Shown: positions 14,304-24,000 of the stretch, piece after piece
Layout of the letters: each line of letters begins with the position of its first letter
Position numbering within the stretch: the first letter of the stretch is position 1
Virus record (IMG/VR): IMGVR_UViG_3300033463_000510
Span: 1-36,023 of that record
DNA from: a virus
Direction: 5' to 3' (one strand)
Length of the DNA: 36,023 bases
Notes under the pieces: model-generated
The model's input: the letters and a program-made list of their open reading frames with translations, nothing else
What the model was told of the DNA's origin: nothing
The model's database searches: none
Made by a program: the position numbers and the translations under genes

Positions 14304-15449
14304 CTATGCGTCATTTGCGCCGCCGCTGGTGAGCGCGAACGGCTGGATGGTGAGTACGCCCGTCTGCCCGCATACGCGCTCGAAGGCGGCGATGATGCGG
14401 TCCTGCACGGGGGCGATCTGCGTGCGGTTGTAGAGGTCGAAGGCGCTCCGGTACTCCTCGGACGAGAAGCCGAGGTTCTCGGTCGGTATGCCGAAGAGGT
14501 TGGGGTTCGCGCGGAAGCTCGTGAAGATCTGCTGGCGGCTGCGCTTCGCAAGTGCGTCATAGCGCGCGCCGAAGTCCTCGGTATGCAACTCCTGGATGAG
14601 GGCGGAGTGCTGGCGGTCCGGGGCGAAGGAGAGGATGACGCGGCCGGCGTTGTCCTTGCCGCTAAATTTCTCGGTGAAATCCTTTTCCACCTCCGCCTTG
14701 AGGTCGTCCGCCGGGACGCCGTTGCACAGCTGGATGAAGGCGCTGGCGGCGAACTCGTTGTTGATGCCGTTGAGGTGGTACTCGTCGATGCAGCGCTCCG
14801 TCTCGCACGCCTTCACGGCCTGCGCGAAGAGCGGCATCGGGTACACCTGCTTCCGGGTGTTCTTGACATAGATGACGGACGCGGCGTGGCGGTCCTGCTC
14901 CTCCGGCGTGAGGGTGGCCCACTTCTCCGCGATGTCAGGCATGAAGGACGGGTACTCCTTCTCCGGGCGTCCGCCCTTGCCCCACTTGTCACTCCACCAG
15001 AAGACGCTGACGTCCTCGTTGGTGCGGATGTCCTCGACGTCGAGGTTGTAGATCTCCGCCGGACGGCCGTCGCGGCCGCGGATGACCTCCAGGGCGAAGC
15101 CGCCGTAGATGAACCAGTCGAGGGCCATGCCGCGCACGATGTCGACGGCCATGTCGCCCTTCTTGTTGCACCTGCCCTCCGGGAAGAGCGCGGAGACGAG
15201 CGTCACGGCGTTGCCGGCGACGTAGTCCACGGAACCGTTCACGATGGATCCGAGCGTGGCGACGTCACGGTAGAGGCCGAGGATGTAATCCGGGTACTTG
15301 TTGCCGGGTCCCCACATGACGATGTCCTTCCCGCGCTGCTTCGTCTCCGTCGCCGGGACGATGTTCGTCTCGACGTACTTGTCGACGGCGCGCAGGAGCA
15401 CCGGGACGGCGCTGCGGACGGTGTCGGGGTTAGTCGTTGTATTGGTCAT
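14304..15449 (-). CDS. portal protein
   Basis: About 381 aa from the ATG at 15449. Size and sequence character (…YPDYILGLYRDVATLGSIVNGSVDYVAGN…, …NEFAASAFIQL…, …LFGIPTENLGFSSEEY…) resemble Phage_portal family proteins. Confidence 0.7.
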   Translation of the reverse strand: MTNTTTNPDTVRSAVPVLLRAVDKYVETNIVPATETKQRGKDIVMWGPGNKYPDYILGLYRDVATLGSIVNGSVDYVAGNAVTLVSALFPEGRCNKKGDMAVDIVRGMALDWFIYGGFALEVIRGRDGRPAEIYNLDVEDIRTNEDVSVFWWSDKWGKGGRPEKEYPSFMPDIAEKWATLTPEEQDRHAASVIYVKNTRKQVYPMPLFAQAVKACETERCIDEYHLNGINNEFAASAFIQLCNGVPADDLKAEVEKDFTEKFSGKDNAGRVILSFAPDRQHSALIQELHTEDFGARYDALAKRSRQQIFTSFRANPNLFGIPTENLGFSSEEYRSAFDLYNRTQIAPVQDRIIAAFERVCGQTGVLTIQPFALTSGGANDA

Positions 15450-15858
15450 ATTGTACGGTGTTTTCGAGTTCGTCGATGTCGGCGTCAGGGGTGCCGATGA
15501 CAAGGAGGCCGGTGGACACCACCTCGCCGTCGATCTCGGCGGCGTATTCGTACTCTCCCTCGGTCATGCCTGCGGGGAGCATCACGCCGAAGGCATAGTA
15601 GAGGCGTGAGTTGTCCGGGATGTTCGGCAGTTCCCCGGGCGCCCCGGAGCCTGCCAGCACTATCTGGCGTCCGAGGGCGTCGCAGACATACAGTCCGTCG
15701 GCGTCCACGAGGTAGACGTAAGGGTCGCTGGTCAGCTCGATGGCCGGACCGCGGTCGATGGTGTTCACGACGTACACGCGCAGCGCGCCCGCCGTCTTGA
15801 CGCCGTTGGCGGGGATGTAGACCGTCTGCGGCCTGGTTGTGTTCTTCAAATAAAGCAT
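15430..15858 (-). CDS. hypothetical structural protein (142 aa)
   Basis: Trimmed to the ATG at 15858 (MLYLKNTTRPQTVYIPANG...). Beta-rich composition. Overlaps the portal start by 20 nt. Confidence 0.55.
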   Translation of the reverse strand: MLYLKNTTRPQTVYIPANGVKTAGALRVYVVNTIDRGPAIELTSDPYVYLVDADGLYVCDALGRQIVLAGSGAPGELPNIPDNSRLYYAFGVMLPAGMTEGEYEYAAEIDGEVVSTGLLVIGTPDADIDELENTVQYDQYND

Positions 15859-15898
15859 GTCGTGACAATAATAGCGGAAGGGCGCGGAACGGAAAGAC

Positions 15899-15946
15899 AA
15901 AAAGCAAGGCCGGGGGCCGCCTGCCTCGCAGGTCAGTCCCCGGTCC
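15899..15946 (-). terminator. intrinsic terminator after the capsid gene block
   Basis: On minus: GGACCGGGG...CCTGC-GAG-GCAGG...CCCCGGCC, a two-tier GC stem, followed by TTGCTTTTTGTCTTT. Confidence 0.6.
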
Positions 15947-15972
15947 GTACCGATAGAATGAAGAAGGGGCCG

Positions 15973-16503
15973 TCAGTCAATGATGCTGGAGAGGTCCACG
16001 CCGTCGGAGCCTCCGACGAGGATCTCCTTCGGGAAGGTGGAGTTGTTGTCCTCCAGGGTGATGGAGTAGCGGTTCGCGTCCGTGCGGGCGGTGCCCGTCT
16101 GGCCGTCTCCCGCGTTGGCGATCATCGGGTTCTCCTCGCCGAGGAACCAGTAAACGCCGTTCGCATCGCGGACGAGAGCGCGCAGGTCATTGACGGCCAA
16201 AGCACTCATCTCCACCCTTTTATTCGTCTCCATGCGGCTAAAAAGCATCGTCAGCAGGGTCTGCACAAAGTTCACGCCAGCGGCCACGTCGATGTTCAGC
16301 GTCGACTGCATCGAGGAGGTGCCGGGGCGGAAGTAGTACCTCTTGAATTTCTTGCCGGTGTCCATCGTGATGCCGGTCACCTTGTTCGAGGTGACGGTGA
16401 TGGCGGTGACGTCGTCGAAGTTCGCGAGGTAGACCTCGGACACGCCTCCCATGCTGCTGGCGCAGTCCTGGGCGAGGCCGGATATGGTCTGGTTACATGC
16501 CAT
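15973..16503 (-). CDS. abundant-type structural protein next to the capsid gene (possible major tail or decoration protein)
   Basis: ORF MACNQTISGLAQDCASSMGGVSEVYLANFDD... lies directly downstream of the capsid gene and is followed by a terminator. Exact role not recognised. Confidence 0.5.
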   Translation of the reverse strand: MACNQTISGLAQDCASSMGGVSEVYLANFDDVTAITVTSNKVTGITMDTGKKFKRYYFRPGTSSMQSTLNIDVAAGVNFVQTLLTMLFSRMETNKRVEMSALAVNDLRALVRDANGVYWFLGEENPMIANAGDGQTGTARTDANRYSITLEDNNSTFPKEILVGGSDGVDLSSIID

Positions 16504-16545
16504 GATTTTGTCGTGTTAGAGGGTTAGGGAATACCCCCCGCCCGG

Positions 16546-17541
16546 TCAGGAAGCGGGGGTGGTGTTCTCGGCGATCTGGCCCAGGGCGGTGACGCCCGGA
16601 GCCGGGACGGCAGGAGCGGCGGCGAAGGTGCCGAGCACGATCTGCGCGGGGAAGTGGTAGGCGACGCCGGAGGCCCACTTGATCTGGTACTTCCAGATGC
16701 GGTCGTCGTTCGACCACCAGAGGTCGAACTTCTCCTCGTCGTTCTCCATGTCGGTGCCGTAGACGAGGTTGTCCGCGAAGGTGCCGATGATCTGGAGGGT
16801 GGTGGCGAGGCCGGGGGTCTTGATGACGCGGACGTCGCTGCCGGGGAGGATGAACTCGTCCGGGTTCTCGTTGACAGCGCCGGAGTGGTGGTAGAGGTTC
16901 AAGGCTACCATCTCCATGAGGAAGGCGCGGAAGATGGCGGGCGACACGAAGATGACGCCGCCCCTTTCGATGGTCTCCTCGGTCATGGAGGCATAGACGG
17001 ACTGGATGCCGGCGAAAGCGCTGGATCCGGAGGCGATGTTGACGTCGACGACGGAGGCGTCGTTGTTCATCTGGTAGAGGAAGCCGTCGATGAGGTCGCT
17101 GCCGCTGTGGGCTGCGGTCTTGCCCTGCCAGATGATGGTCTCGATCTTCTTGTTGACCTGGTCGACGAGGGTGTCGATGATGTACTGCTCGTACGGGAGC
17201 TCGTTGTCGCGAGCGTTGACGCGGACGAGGTACTCGGCGTACTTGCCGAGGAGGGTCTCCGGGCAGATCTGGCCGTCCACCTTGTGGACCTTGACAGCGA
17301 TGGTGCGCTCCGAGAGGGTGATCTCATCCAGCGGCAAGAAGCCGCAGGTGGAGCCGTCCTGGATGGTGGGAGATACGGCCAGGTAGTGGAGGTGCATGGA
17401 GCCCTTCACGCCGGTCTGGATGCCGATGCGGGAGCGGGTGTCGCGGTTAGCGAGACCGAAGCTGCCGATGATGAGGTCGCGGTTCTGCTCGACATATGCG
17501 GTCAGACCATCGACGAGGAAATTGGTAACTGGGGAAGGCAT
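16546..17541 (-). CDS. major capsid protein (HK97-fold type)
   Basis: 331 aa. Lies directly after the protease/scaffold gene. Sequence character is typical of HK97-like capsid proteins (…LPYEQYIIDTLVDQVNKKIETIIWQG…, …DLWWSNDDRIWKYQIKWASGV…). Confidence 0.75.
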   Translation of the reverse strand: MPSPVTNFLVDGLTAYVEQNRDLIIGSFGLANRDTRSRIGIQTGVKGSMHLHYLAVSPTIQDGSTCGFLPLDEITLSERTIAVKVHKVDGQICPETLLGKYAEYLVRVNARDNELPYEQYIIDTLVDQVNKKIETIIWQGKTAAHSGSDLIDGFLYQMNNDASVVDVNIASGSSAFAGIQSVYASMTEETIERGGVIFVSPAIFRAFLMEMVALNLYHHSGAVNENPDEFILPGSDVRVIKTPGLATTLQIIGTFADNLVYGTDMENDEEKFDLWWSNDDRIWKYQIKWASGVAYHFPAQIVLGTFAAAPAVPAPGVTALGQIAENTTPAS

Positions 17542-17562
17542 AATTTTGTTTGTTTTTTGAGG

Positions 17563-18963
17563 TTATTTCTTGCAATAGCGGGAAAGGTTGTCGAAGCGCT
17601 TGTTGCCGGTCTTGGACACGGCGGCGCCTTCGGCGACCTTTTTGTTCGGATGCTGGGCGAGGGGCTCGCGGGAGAGCTCCTCGACGCGCTGGCGGAGGGT
17701 GTCGTTCTCGGCGCGCAGGGCGGCGAGCTCGTCTTCCACGGGATCAGGGTCTGCTGCGGGTGCAGGATCTGCCGGAGCGGGGTCTGCTGCGGGCTCGTCC
17801 ACGGGGACGAATACGCTCTTCACCTCGTACTGGTTGCCGAGGATGCACTCGCCGGCCTCGTCGAACTCCAGGTCGTAGTGCCAGTACTTCTCGCCGGCCT
17901 CGGACCAGACGCAGACGATGGCGTAGGTGTCACCGGCCTCGACGATGTACGGCCACTCGATGCCCTGGGCCTCCAGAGCTTTCACGATGGCCTGGTAGCG
18001 TTCCTCGTAGGAGGCCTCGAAAAGTTCACGGATACGGCGGTGGCGCGAGAGGGCTGCGCCCTCCTGCGGCGCGGGATCCTCGGCGGCAGGCGCCACCTCG
18101 GCCTCCGGGTCGCGGATGTCGGTCACGGCGCCGTCCACGACGACGATGACCTTGCCGTCCTCCGTGGTGTAGTCCCCGTCGGCCGCGGCGGTGCGGTTCC
18201 CGTCCGCATCCTCGATGTAGACGCGGTCCCCGGCCTTCAGGTCCTCGTCACCATCCCAGGCGAGCACGCCCTTGTCGGTGGTGACGGATGCAAACTTGGA
18301 GAGATACCTCCCCAGCTTGCGCAGTAGGTTGGTCTGGTTGAAACTCATATTTTTACGATGTAATGCTCGCATGATGCGCTCGAACATGCCGTCGGCGTCC
18401 TCGACCGCCTCCTCGACGTACGCGAGGCTGTTTTCCGGGGTGAGGGTGTAGAACACCTCCATCGAAAAGCCCTTGTAAGTGCCGTCCTTCACCGCCTGCC
18501 AGACCTCGTCGTTCTGGACGTGGTACTCGGCGAAGAGGGAGCCGTCGGCGATGTCCTCGAAGCCGGCGGGAGCGATGCCCTTCGCGCTGTCCTTGATGAA
18601 CCACTGCACCAGGTGGACGTCCTCCTCATCGTGCCCGTCGTGCATGGTGTCTAAATTGTCGGCGCGGCCTTCGGTGAGGTACTTCTGCGCCATCTCCCGG
18701 ATCGTCGAGGCGGGGAAGATAATATAGTGTTCGCCGAGTTTCTCGTCACGCCGGTACATGGGGAAGTCGGCGCGGGCCACGACACCGCGGACCAGGCGCT
18801 TCTCCTCGTCCTCGATGGCGAATAGCTGCGCCTTGCGCTGCGCGTCGAATACCTGGAAGTCCGACATCACGGCCGGGTCGTCCACGAGGGAGACGCGGAC
18901 CATGCCGTCCTTCTCGTCGTCGACGAGGACGCGGTAGACTGGTATGCCGTCGATGGTTGTCAT
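17563..18963 (-). CDS. XkdF-like prohead protease fused to a scaffold-like region
   Basis: Trimmed to the ATG at 18963 (MTTIDGIPVYRVLVDDEKDGMVRVSLVDDPAV...). The N-terminal ~190 aa resemble the XkdF/Peptidase_S78_2 family. The remainder is acidic/Pro-Ala-rich with a C-terminal coiled coil (LAALRAENDTLRQRVEEL). Confidence 0.6.
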   Translation of the reverse strand: MTTIDGIPVYRVLVDDEKDGMVRVSLVDDPAVMSDFQVFDAQRKAQLFAIEDEEKRLVRGVVARADFPMYRRDEKLGEHYIIFPASTIREMAQKYLTEGRADNLDTMHDGHDEEDVHLVQWFIKDSAKGIAPAGFEDIADGSLFAEYHVQNDEVWQAVKDGTYKGFSMEVFYTLTPENSLAYVEEAVEDADGMFERIMRALHRKNMSFNQTNLLRKLGRYLSKFASVTTDKGVLAWDGDEDLKAGDRVYIEDADGNRTAAADGDYTTEDGKVIVVVDGAVTDIRDPEAEVAPAAEDPAPQEGAALSRHRRIRELFEASYEERYQAIVKALEAQGIEWPYIVEAGDTYAIVCVWSEAGEKYWHYDLEFDEAGECILGNQYEVKSVFVPVDEPAADPAPADPAPAADPDPVEDELAALRAENDTLRQRVEELSREPLAQHPNKKVAEGAAVSKTGNKRFDNLSRYCKK

Positions 18964-19018
18964 AATTCGTGCAATTCCGCGGGGATAATAGCGCACGGGG
19001 GCGCGTTGGAAACACGTC

Positions 19019-21028
19019 CTAAAACGTGGCCTCCTGCACCCTCACTCTCTGCGCCCTTCCTGCGGCCTCTATGTCGCTCTGGAGGATGTAGACGCGGGAC
19101 GGTGCGGCGGCGCGGTTCAGGCGCTCCACATCGCTCGCAGTGGACGTCTGGAGCACCTGCGGGAGTGCGGTCTGCACGGCCGGGGCGGTGGCAGCCATGA
19201 CGGATCCTCCGGCGCTGCCCGCGCTTCCGAACTGCGTGGCGCGTATCTTCGCCGTGGTGGCGATGCCTGACGCGAGGACGCCCGCGGCGTTGGTGGCGGC
19301 GAGGATGCCCTTCGCGATGGCGCTGGGGATGGTCTTGTCGTTCCACGTCGCCCAGATCGCGGACGCCATGCCGGACAGCGTATTGATCCAGGTCTCCGCG
19401 ATCTGGAAGCGCTTGGAGTTCTCGAAGGACCGCTTGTCCTTGTCGGCGGATATGTCGTAGAGGTCCGCGATGGCGCCGAGGACGTTCCCCACGCCTGCGG
19501 CGTACTCCTGCATGATCTTCACCTTCGCCTGCGCCGCAGCCTCGGCGTCCTGCACGTCCTGGCGGCGGATGCGGGCGCGCTCTTCGAGGGCATCCTGCTC
19601 TATCTGGACCTCCGTGTCGGCTATCTGCTGCTCATAGTCCAGGTAGGCGTCCAGGTCTCCGCGCTGGATGGCCGCCTGCTGGAACTCACGCAGGGCGGCG
19701 AGCCTCGCCTCGTTTCCCTCCTGCTGAATGCGGTACGACTCCTCCTGGCGCTTGCGCTCGTCGTCTACGGTGGCGGCGTTCACCGCCTGCCGGCGCTTCG
19801 CGTTCTGCTCTATGGCGGCGAGGCGCTCCTTCTCGCGCGCGAGGGCGTTCTTCAACAGCGCCGCCTCCGCCTTGTCCAGGTCGGCGGACGCCTTCTCCTT
19901 GTCCTTCGTCATGTCCACGACGACCTCCTCGAAGCCGTCCGAGACGTCCTTCGCCAGCGCGGATCCCGCGTCCTTCGCCTTCTTCCGGCTGCGGCTGGAC
20001 ACCACGCCGGAGATGAAGGTGTCGGCGGCGGTCTGCCCCGCCTCGAAGTTCGACTTGAACGTGAAGCCTTTGGTGACGGCCTCACCGATGGCCTGCCCGG
20101 CCGCCTGCGCGTCTGCCTTGATGTCCTTGAAGTTCCCCGTGAAGAGGTCGTGCAGTATCTTTCCCGCGCCTTTCGCCAGCTCGATGAACGTGCGGAAGGG
20201 CGTGATGAGGAACTGGAGGACGGCGTTGCCCACGCCTGCCGCGGCGGTGCTTATCTTCCGCAGCATCCCGTCCGAGCGTCCCGCGAGTTCCACGACCTGG
20301 TCCACGACCCACGATAGGGCGTCTGCTATCTTGTCGAGGATGCCATCGAAGAACTGCATCACCGGCTCCAGGGCCTTCAGCGCTTTCTGGAGCGCCGCGG
20401 TGGCCTTCTCGTTGTCCTTCAGCCCGTCGGCGATCTTGTTGATGAGCGGGGCGATGAAGGTGATGATGCCGATGATGGGGTTCGCGGACATGAGCTTGAA
20501 GGACTTGTCCAGCTGGTCGCCGGCCTTCTTCACGCTGCCCATGCTCGGAGGGAGGTCCTTGACGATGTCGTGAAAGCCGTCGAGGGCGGACTTGTAGTTA
20601 CCGACGTTGCGGGTATAGTTGCCCTGCATGGCGTCCATCTCCTTCAGCTTGTTGTTCACGGTGTTAATCTGGGCCGCGAGCGCCTTGAACTGCGCCATTC
20701 CTTCCTCCGTGGAGGTGTCGATGGCGCGGAGTTGCGTCTTGTAGTCAGCCATCTGCTTGACGAGGGCGTTGTAGGACTGCCCGGTCCCCTTCGCCGCCTT
20801 CGACACGTCCTCCATGCTCGCGAAGGTCGCGTACATCGCGTCCTTCAGCGCCGCCTGGTTGACCTTCAGTTCGCCGAGGGTCTCCTGGTACTCCTCCGTC
20901 CCTATCTCCAAGCCTTCGAGGTTTTCCTTCAGGATCTTGATGTTCGCGCGGAGGTCCCCCACGCTTCGCACGGCCTCGCCGGTGTCAACGCGGAGGATGG
21001 TGATGGTCTCGATTTGTGTTTCTGCCAT
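19019..21028 (-). CDS. tape-measure-like protein (669 aa)
   Basis: Long helical, coiled-coil sequence with central hydrophobic/Gly-rich segments (ANPIIGIITFIAPLINKI, AAAGVGNAVLQFLITPF), as in tape measure proteins. Confidence 0.6.
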   Translation of the reverse strand: MAETQIETITILRVDTGEAVRSVGDLRANIKILKENLEGLEIGTEEYQETLGELKVNQAALKDAMYATFASMEDVSKAAKGTGQSYNALVKQMADYKTQLRAIDTSTEEGMAQFKALAAQINTVNNKLKEMDAMQGNYTRNVGNYKSALDGFHDIVKDLPPSMGSVKKAGDQLDKSFKLMSANPIIGIITFIAPLINKIADGLKDNEKATAALQKALKALEPVMQFFDGILDKIADALSWVVDQVVELAGRSDGMLRKISTAAAGVGNAVLQFLITPFRTFIELAKGAGKILHDLFTGNFKDIKADAQAAGQAIGEAVTKGFTFKSNFEAGQTAADTFISGVVSSRSRKKAKDAGSALAKDVSDGFEEVVVDMTKDKEKASADLDKAEAALLKNALAREKERLAAIEQNAKRRQAVNAATVDDERKRQEESYRIQQEGNEARLAALREFQQAAIQRGDLDAYLDYEQQIADTEVQIEQDALEERARIRRQDVQDAEAAAQAKVKIMQEYAAGVGNVLGAIADLYDISADKDKRSFENSKRFQIAETWINTLSGMASAIWATWNDKTIPSAIAKGILAATNAAGVLASGIATTAKIRATQFGSAGSAGGSVMAATAPAVQTALPQVLQTSTASDVERLNRAAAPSRVYILQSDIEAAGRAQRVRVQEATF

Positions 21029-21034
21029 GATGCG

Positions 21035-24000
21035 TTAGGTGTTAGCGTTCTGGGTTACGGTGACGGTGACATAGTTGCCGGAGACATCGTCGTAGATCTT
21101 GAGGCTGTATGACCGCTGCGCTCCGGCGTAGCCGCGGGTCGCGATTGTCAGCGTCTCGCCGTTCACGGAGCCGCTCCCGGACAACGGGGTGGGATTGACC
21201 CAGAAGTACGGGCTCAAGCTCTCGACGTGCCAGGCGCGGGACGAGAAGACGGTGACGGTGGCCGGACGCCCCTGGCGCACGGTGACGGCGGTCGGATAGA
21301 CGCTCAGGTCCATCGCGCTCCCCGCCGCCTGCGATACGGTCACGGTCCGGCGGAGCACTCCGCACTGGAACGTGACGGTACCGGTGCGCGCCGCTCCCGT
21401 GTTCGGGCTGACGCGCACGGTGACCTCCTGGTTGTTGCCGGAGTAGCCGGAAGCGGGCGAGACGGTTATCCATGAGTCGGACGTCCCGGCGGTCCATTCG
21501 TCGGACGCGGAGAGGAGGATGCCGTTTGTCGCTGCCTCGTTGCCGAACTCCAGGGTGTCGGTGTCGATGATGAACGTCTCCGGGATGTTCGGCGTCTGGA
21601 GTATCGTCGCCGACTGCGACAGCGTCGCATCGGGCGTCGACTGGAACGTCACCGGGATGGTCCGGATGTTATCCGTGTCATTGGGCTCGTGAATAACGTC
21701 CACGCGGAACGTCCCGGCGCTCCCGGATGCAGGGGTCACGATGACGCCCTGGACGTTGCAGACGGCCTCCCACGGGACGGAGCTCTCAACGACGAAGGGG
21801 GTGCTGACATAGCGGTATGATATAGAGACGACGCCGAAGGGCGTCACGCGCAGGAAAGCCGGTGCAGCCGCCTGCACTATCGTCACCTGCACGGACTGAT
21901 ACGGCCCGGCTGTGGTCTCGAACAAGAAGACGAAACTGCGGGACGCCAGCGACGAGGGGTTGACGGGCAGTGTGGCGACGACCCGGCCGCCGTCACCGCT
22001 TCCGGTGGTCCGGTCGAGCGAGACGTCCGCGTCCTCGTTCACGACCCGCCAGGAGGACGAGCAGTCGATGCCGAAGGTCGCGTTGGTGAAGTCGTAGGGG
22101 ACGTCAATCGTGCCGAAGGGTGTCACGCGGAGGTAGTCCACGACCGCGGGGCCTGCCTGGCTGAGCGTGGGGATGGCCGAGAGACTGCCGGCGCTGCTCC
22201 GGACGATGAGGGAGAGAGTGCGGGATGTAGTGGCGGCGGACACCGAGACGCTCATCGTGGTGCTGCCGGTGCCGGAGAGCGTCGATGGCGTGAGACCTGA
22301 CGACACGTTCGTGATGCTCCACGCGAGTCCGCTGGAGGCCACGATGCGCAGCGTCACGGTCTGGGCGCTCGAGTCGATGGACGTCTCGTCGAAGGACGCG
22401 GTCAGGGACGCCTGGGCGCCGCCTTCCTGGTAGATGTAGAACTCCGTCACGACGCCCGTCTCGGCGCATGTGCAGCGGATGACACCCTGACGGGCGGCGC
22501 CTGGGTTCGCGTCGATGTCGTAGTAGATATAGCCGTTCCCGCTGCGTCCCGTCCAGGGATAGTATTGCAGATAGGTCGGATGTATCCACGATTCGGACGT
22601 GGCGCAGGACCAATTCCCGTTACTGCCGACACTCGCCCCGTCCTCCAGGTGCGCGGCGGCGCTGCGGTCGTCCCAGTTGCGCTCCGAGAAGTCATCGTAG
22701 CGGTAGATGTTGGCGTAGTAGTCCGACCCGGAGGACGCGGCCTCCTGGTGCAGGTAGAAGGTGGCGGTCTGGCCGTTGCAGGTGACAACGACAGCGCCGT
22801 CCCTCGCCGCCCCGGTGTTCGCGTTCACATACATCGTCACGGACCCGTTCCCCGTGCCGCTGGTGCGGTTGAAGGACACGAAGGAGGGGTAACTGGTGAG
22901 GCTCCACGATGCCCCTCCGGTGCCTCCGACGTTCAGGGTGATGGTCTGCCCTGCGGCCGGTGCAGTGGCGCTGTCGTGGCTGCCGGAGTCCAGGAGCGTC
23001 AGCGTCTGGGCAGGCGCGCCCGCCTCCTGGTGCAGATAGAACGTCACGGGCTCGAATCCGGAGCAGCTGAGCACTATCGCCACCTGGCGCGCCGCGCCGG
23101 TGTTTGCGCTCACGGCCACGGCGAAGTTCCCGGTGCCCGTGCCGCTGGAAGGCGAGATGGCCGTCCAGTTCACGTCCGGACTCTCGGCGGCACTCCACGA
23201 CGCCCCTGCGGGGACGGTGGCGACGAGCGTGATGTAGCCCGCGGAGGCGGGAAGGGTCGCGTTGTCGTTCCCCTGCAGGTCGAGCAGGGATATGGAACCG
23301 GTGCCGCCGCTGCCCGCCTCCTGCGTCACGGAGATGGTGACGAAGGTCGTGGGGTCGGAGACGAGGTAGACTCGCACGGAGGCGCTGCGCGCCGTGGCGC
23401 CGTTGCCTCCGGCGGAGAAGGTGATTCCGGCGGAGCTCGTCTGGGCGGTGAGCCATGACGGGACGTCCTCCGTCTGGAGCGCCCACGCTCCGGATGCCGT
23501 GACGGCCACGGGGAGCTGTCCGCCGTTGCCGGGGAAGGCGATGGCCGAAGGGCTCACGGAGATGGTGTCGGCGGGACGGGGATCCTGCGAGAAGGTCATG
23601 CGAACGATGTCGCCGTCCTCGTTGGTGAGCGTCACCGAGGCGTTCCGGCGGTCCGTGCCGGTGTTCGCCGGTGCGGCGATGGTTATGACGGTGGTGCCGG
23701 CGGGACCGGAGAAGTCCGAGATGTCCAGCCACATCGACTCCTGCGTGCGGCCGAGGGTCCAGGCGGACGTGGAGCGGACGGTGAAGGTCAGCGTCTCCCC
23801 CGCCGTGAGGAAGGCGAAGGACGCCGCCGCGGGCGAGATGCGGAGATAGTGCGCCTCGACGCTTCCGGGGCCGGTGTCGTAGGCCCTGCGGTCCTGCACC
23901 TTAACGAGCTCGATCTCGGTGAGGTCCCAGGACGTGAGGCTGTGGTTCCGGATGGCGTTCATCGTCCAGAGGGTGCCGTCGAGCCAGTAGAAGCGGCGCA

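Noticed and set aside
14127-18327. Very long plus-strand ORFs, including 14127-15500 and 16654-18327. Others are at 7143-8396, 9726-10712, 19728-20573, 25244-26044 and 28274-29539.
   Set aside because: All are antisense shadows of minus-strand genes with recognisable domains (portal, capsid, protease, integrase, TerL and others). Their translations are Arg/Gly/Val/Ala/Asp-rich with no sensible motifs, as expected for open antisense frames in GC-rich DNA.
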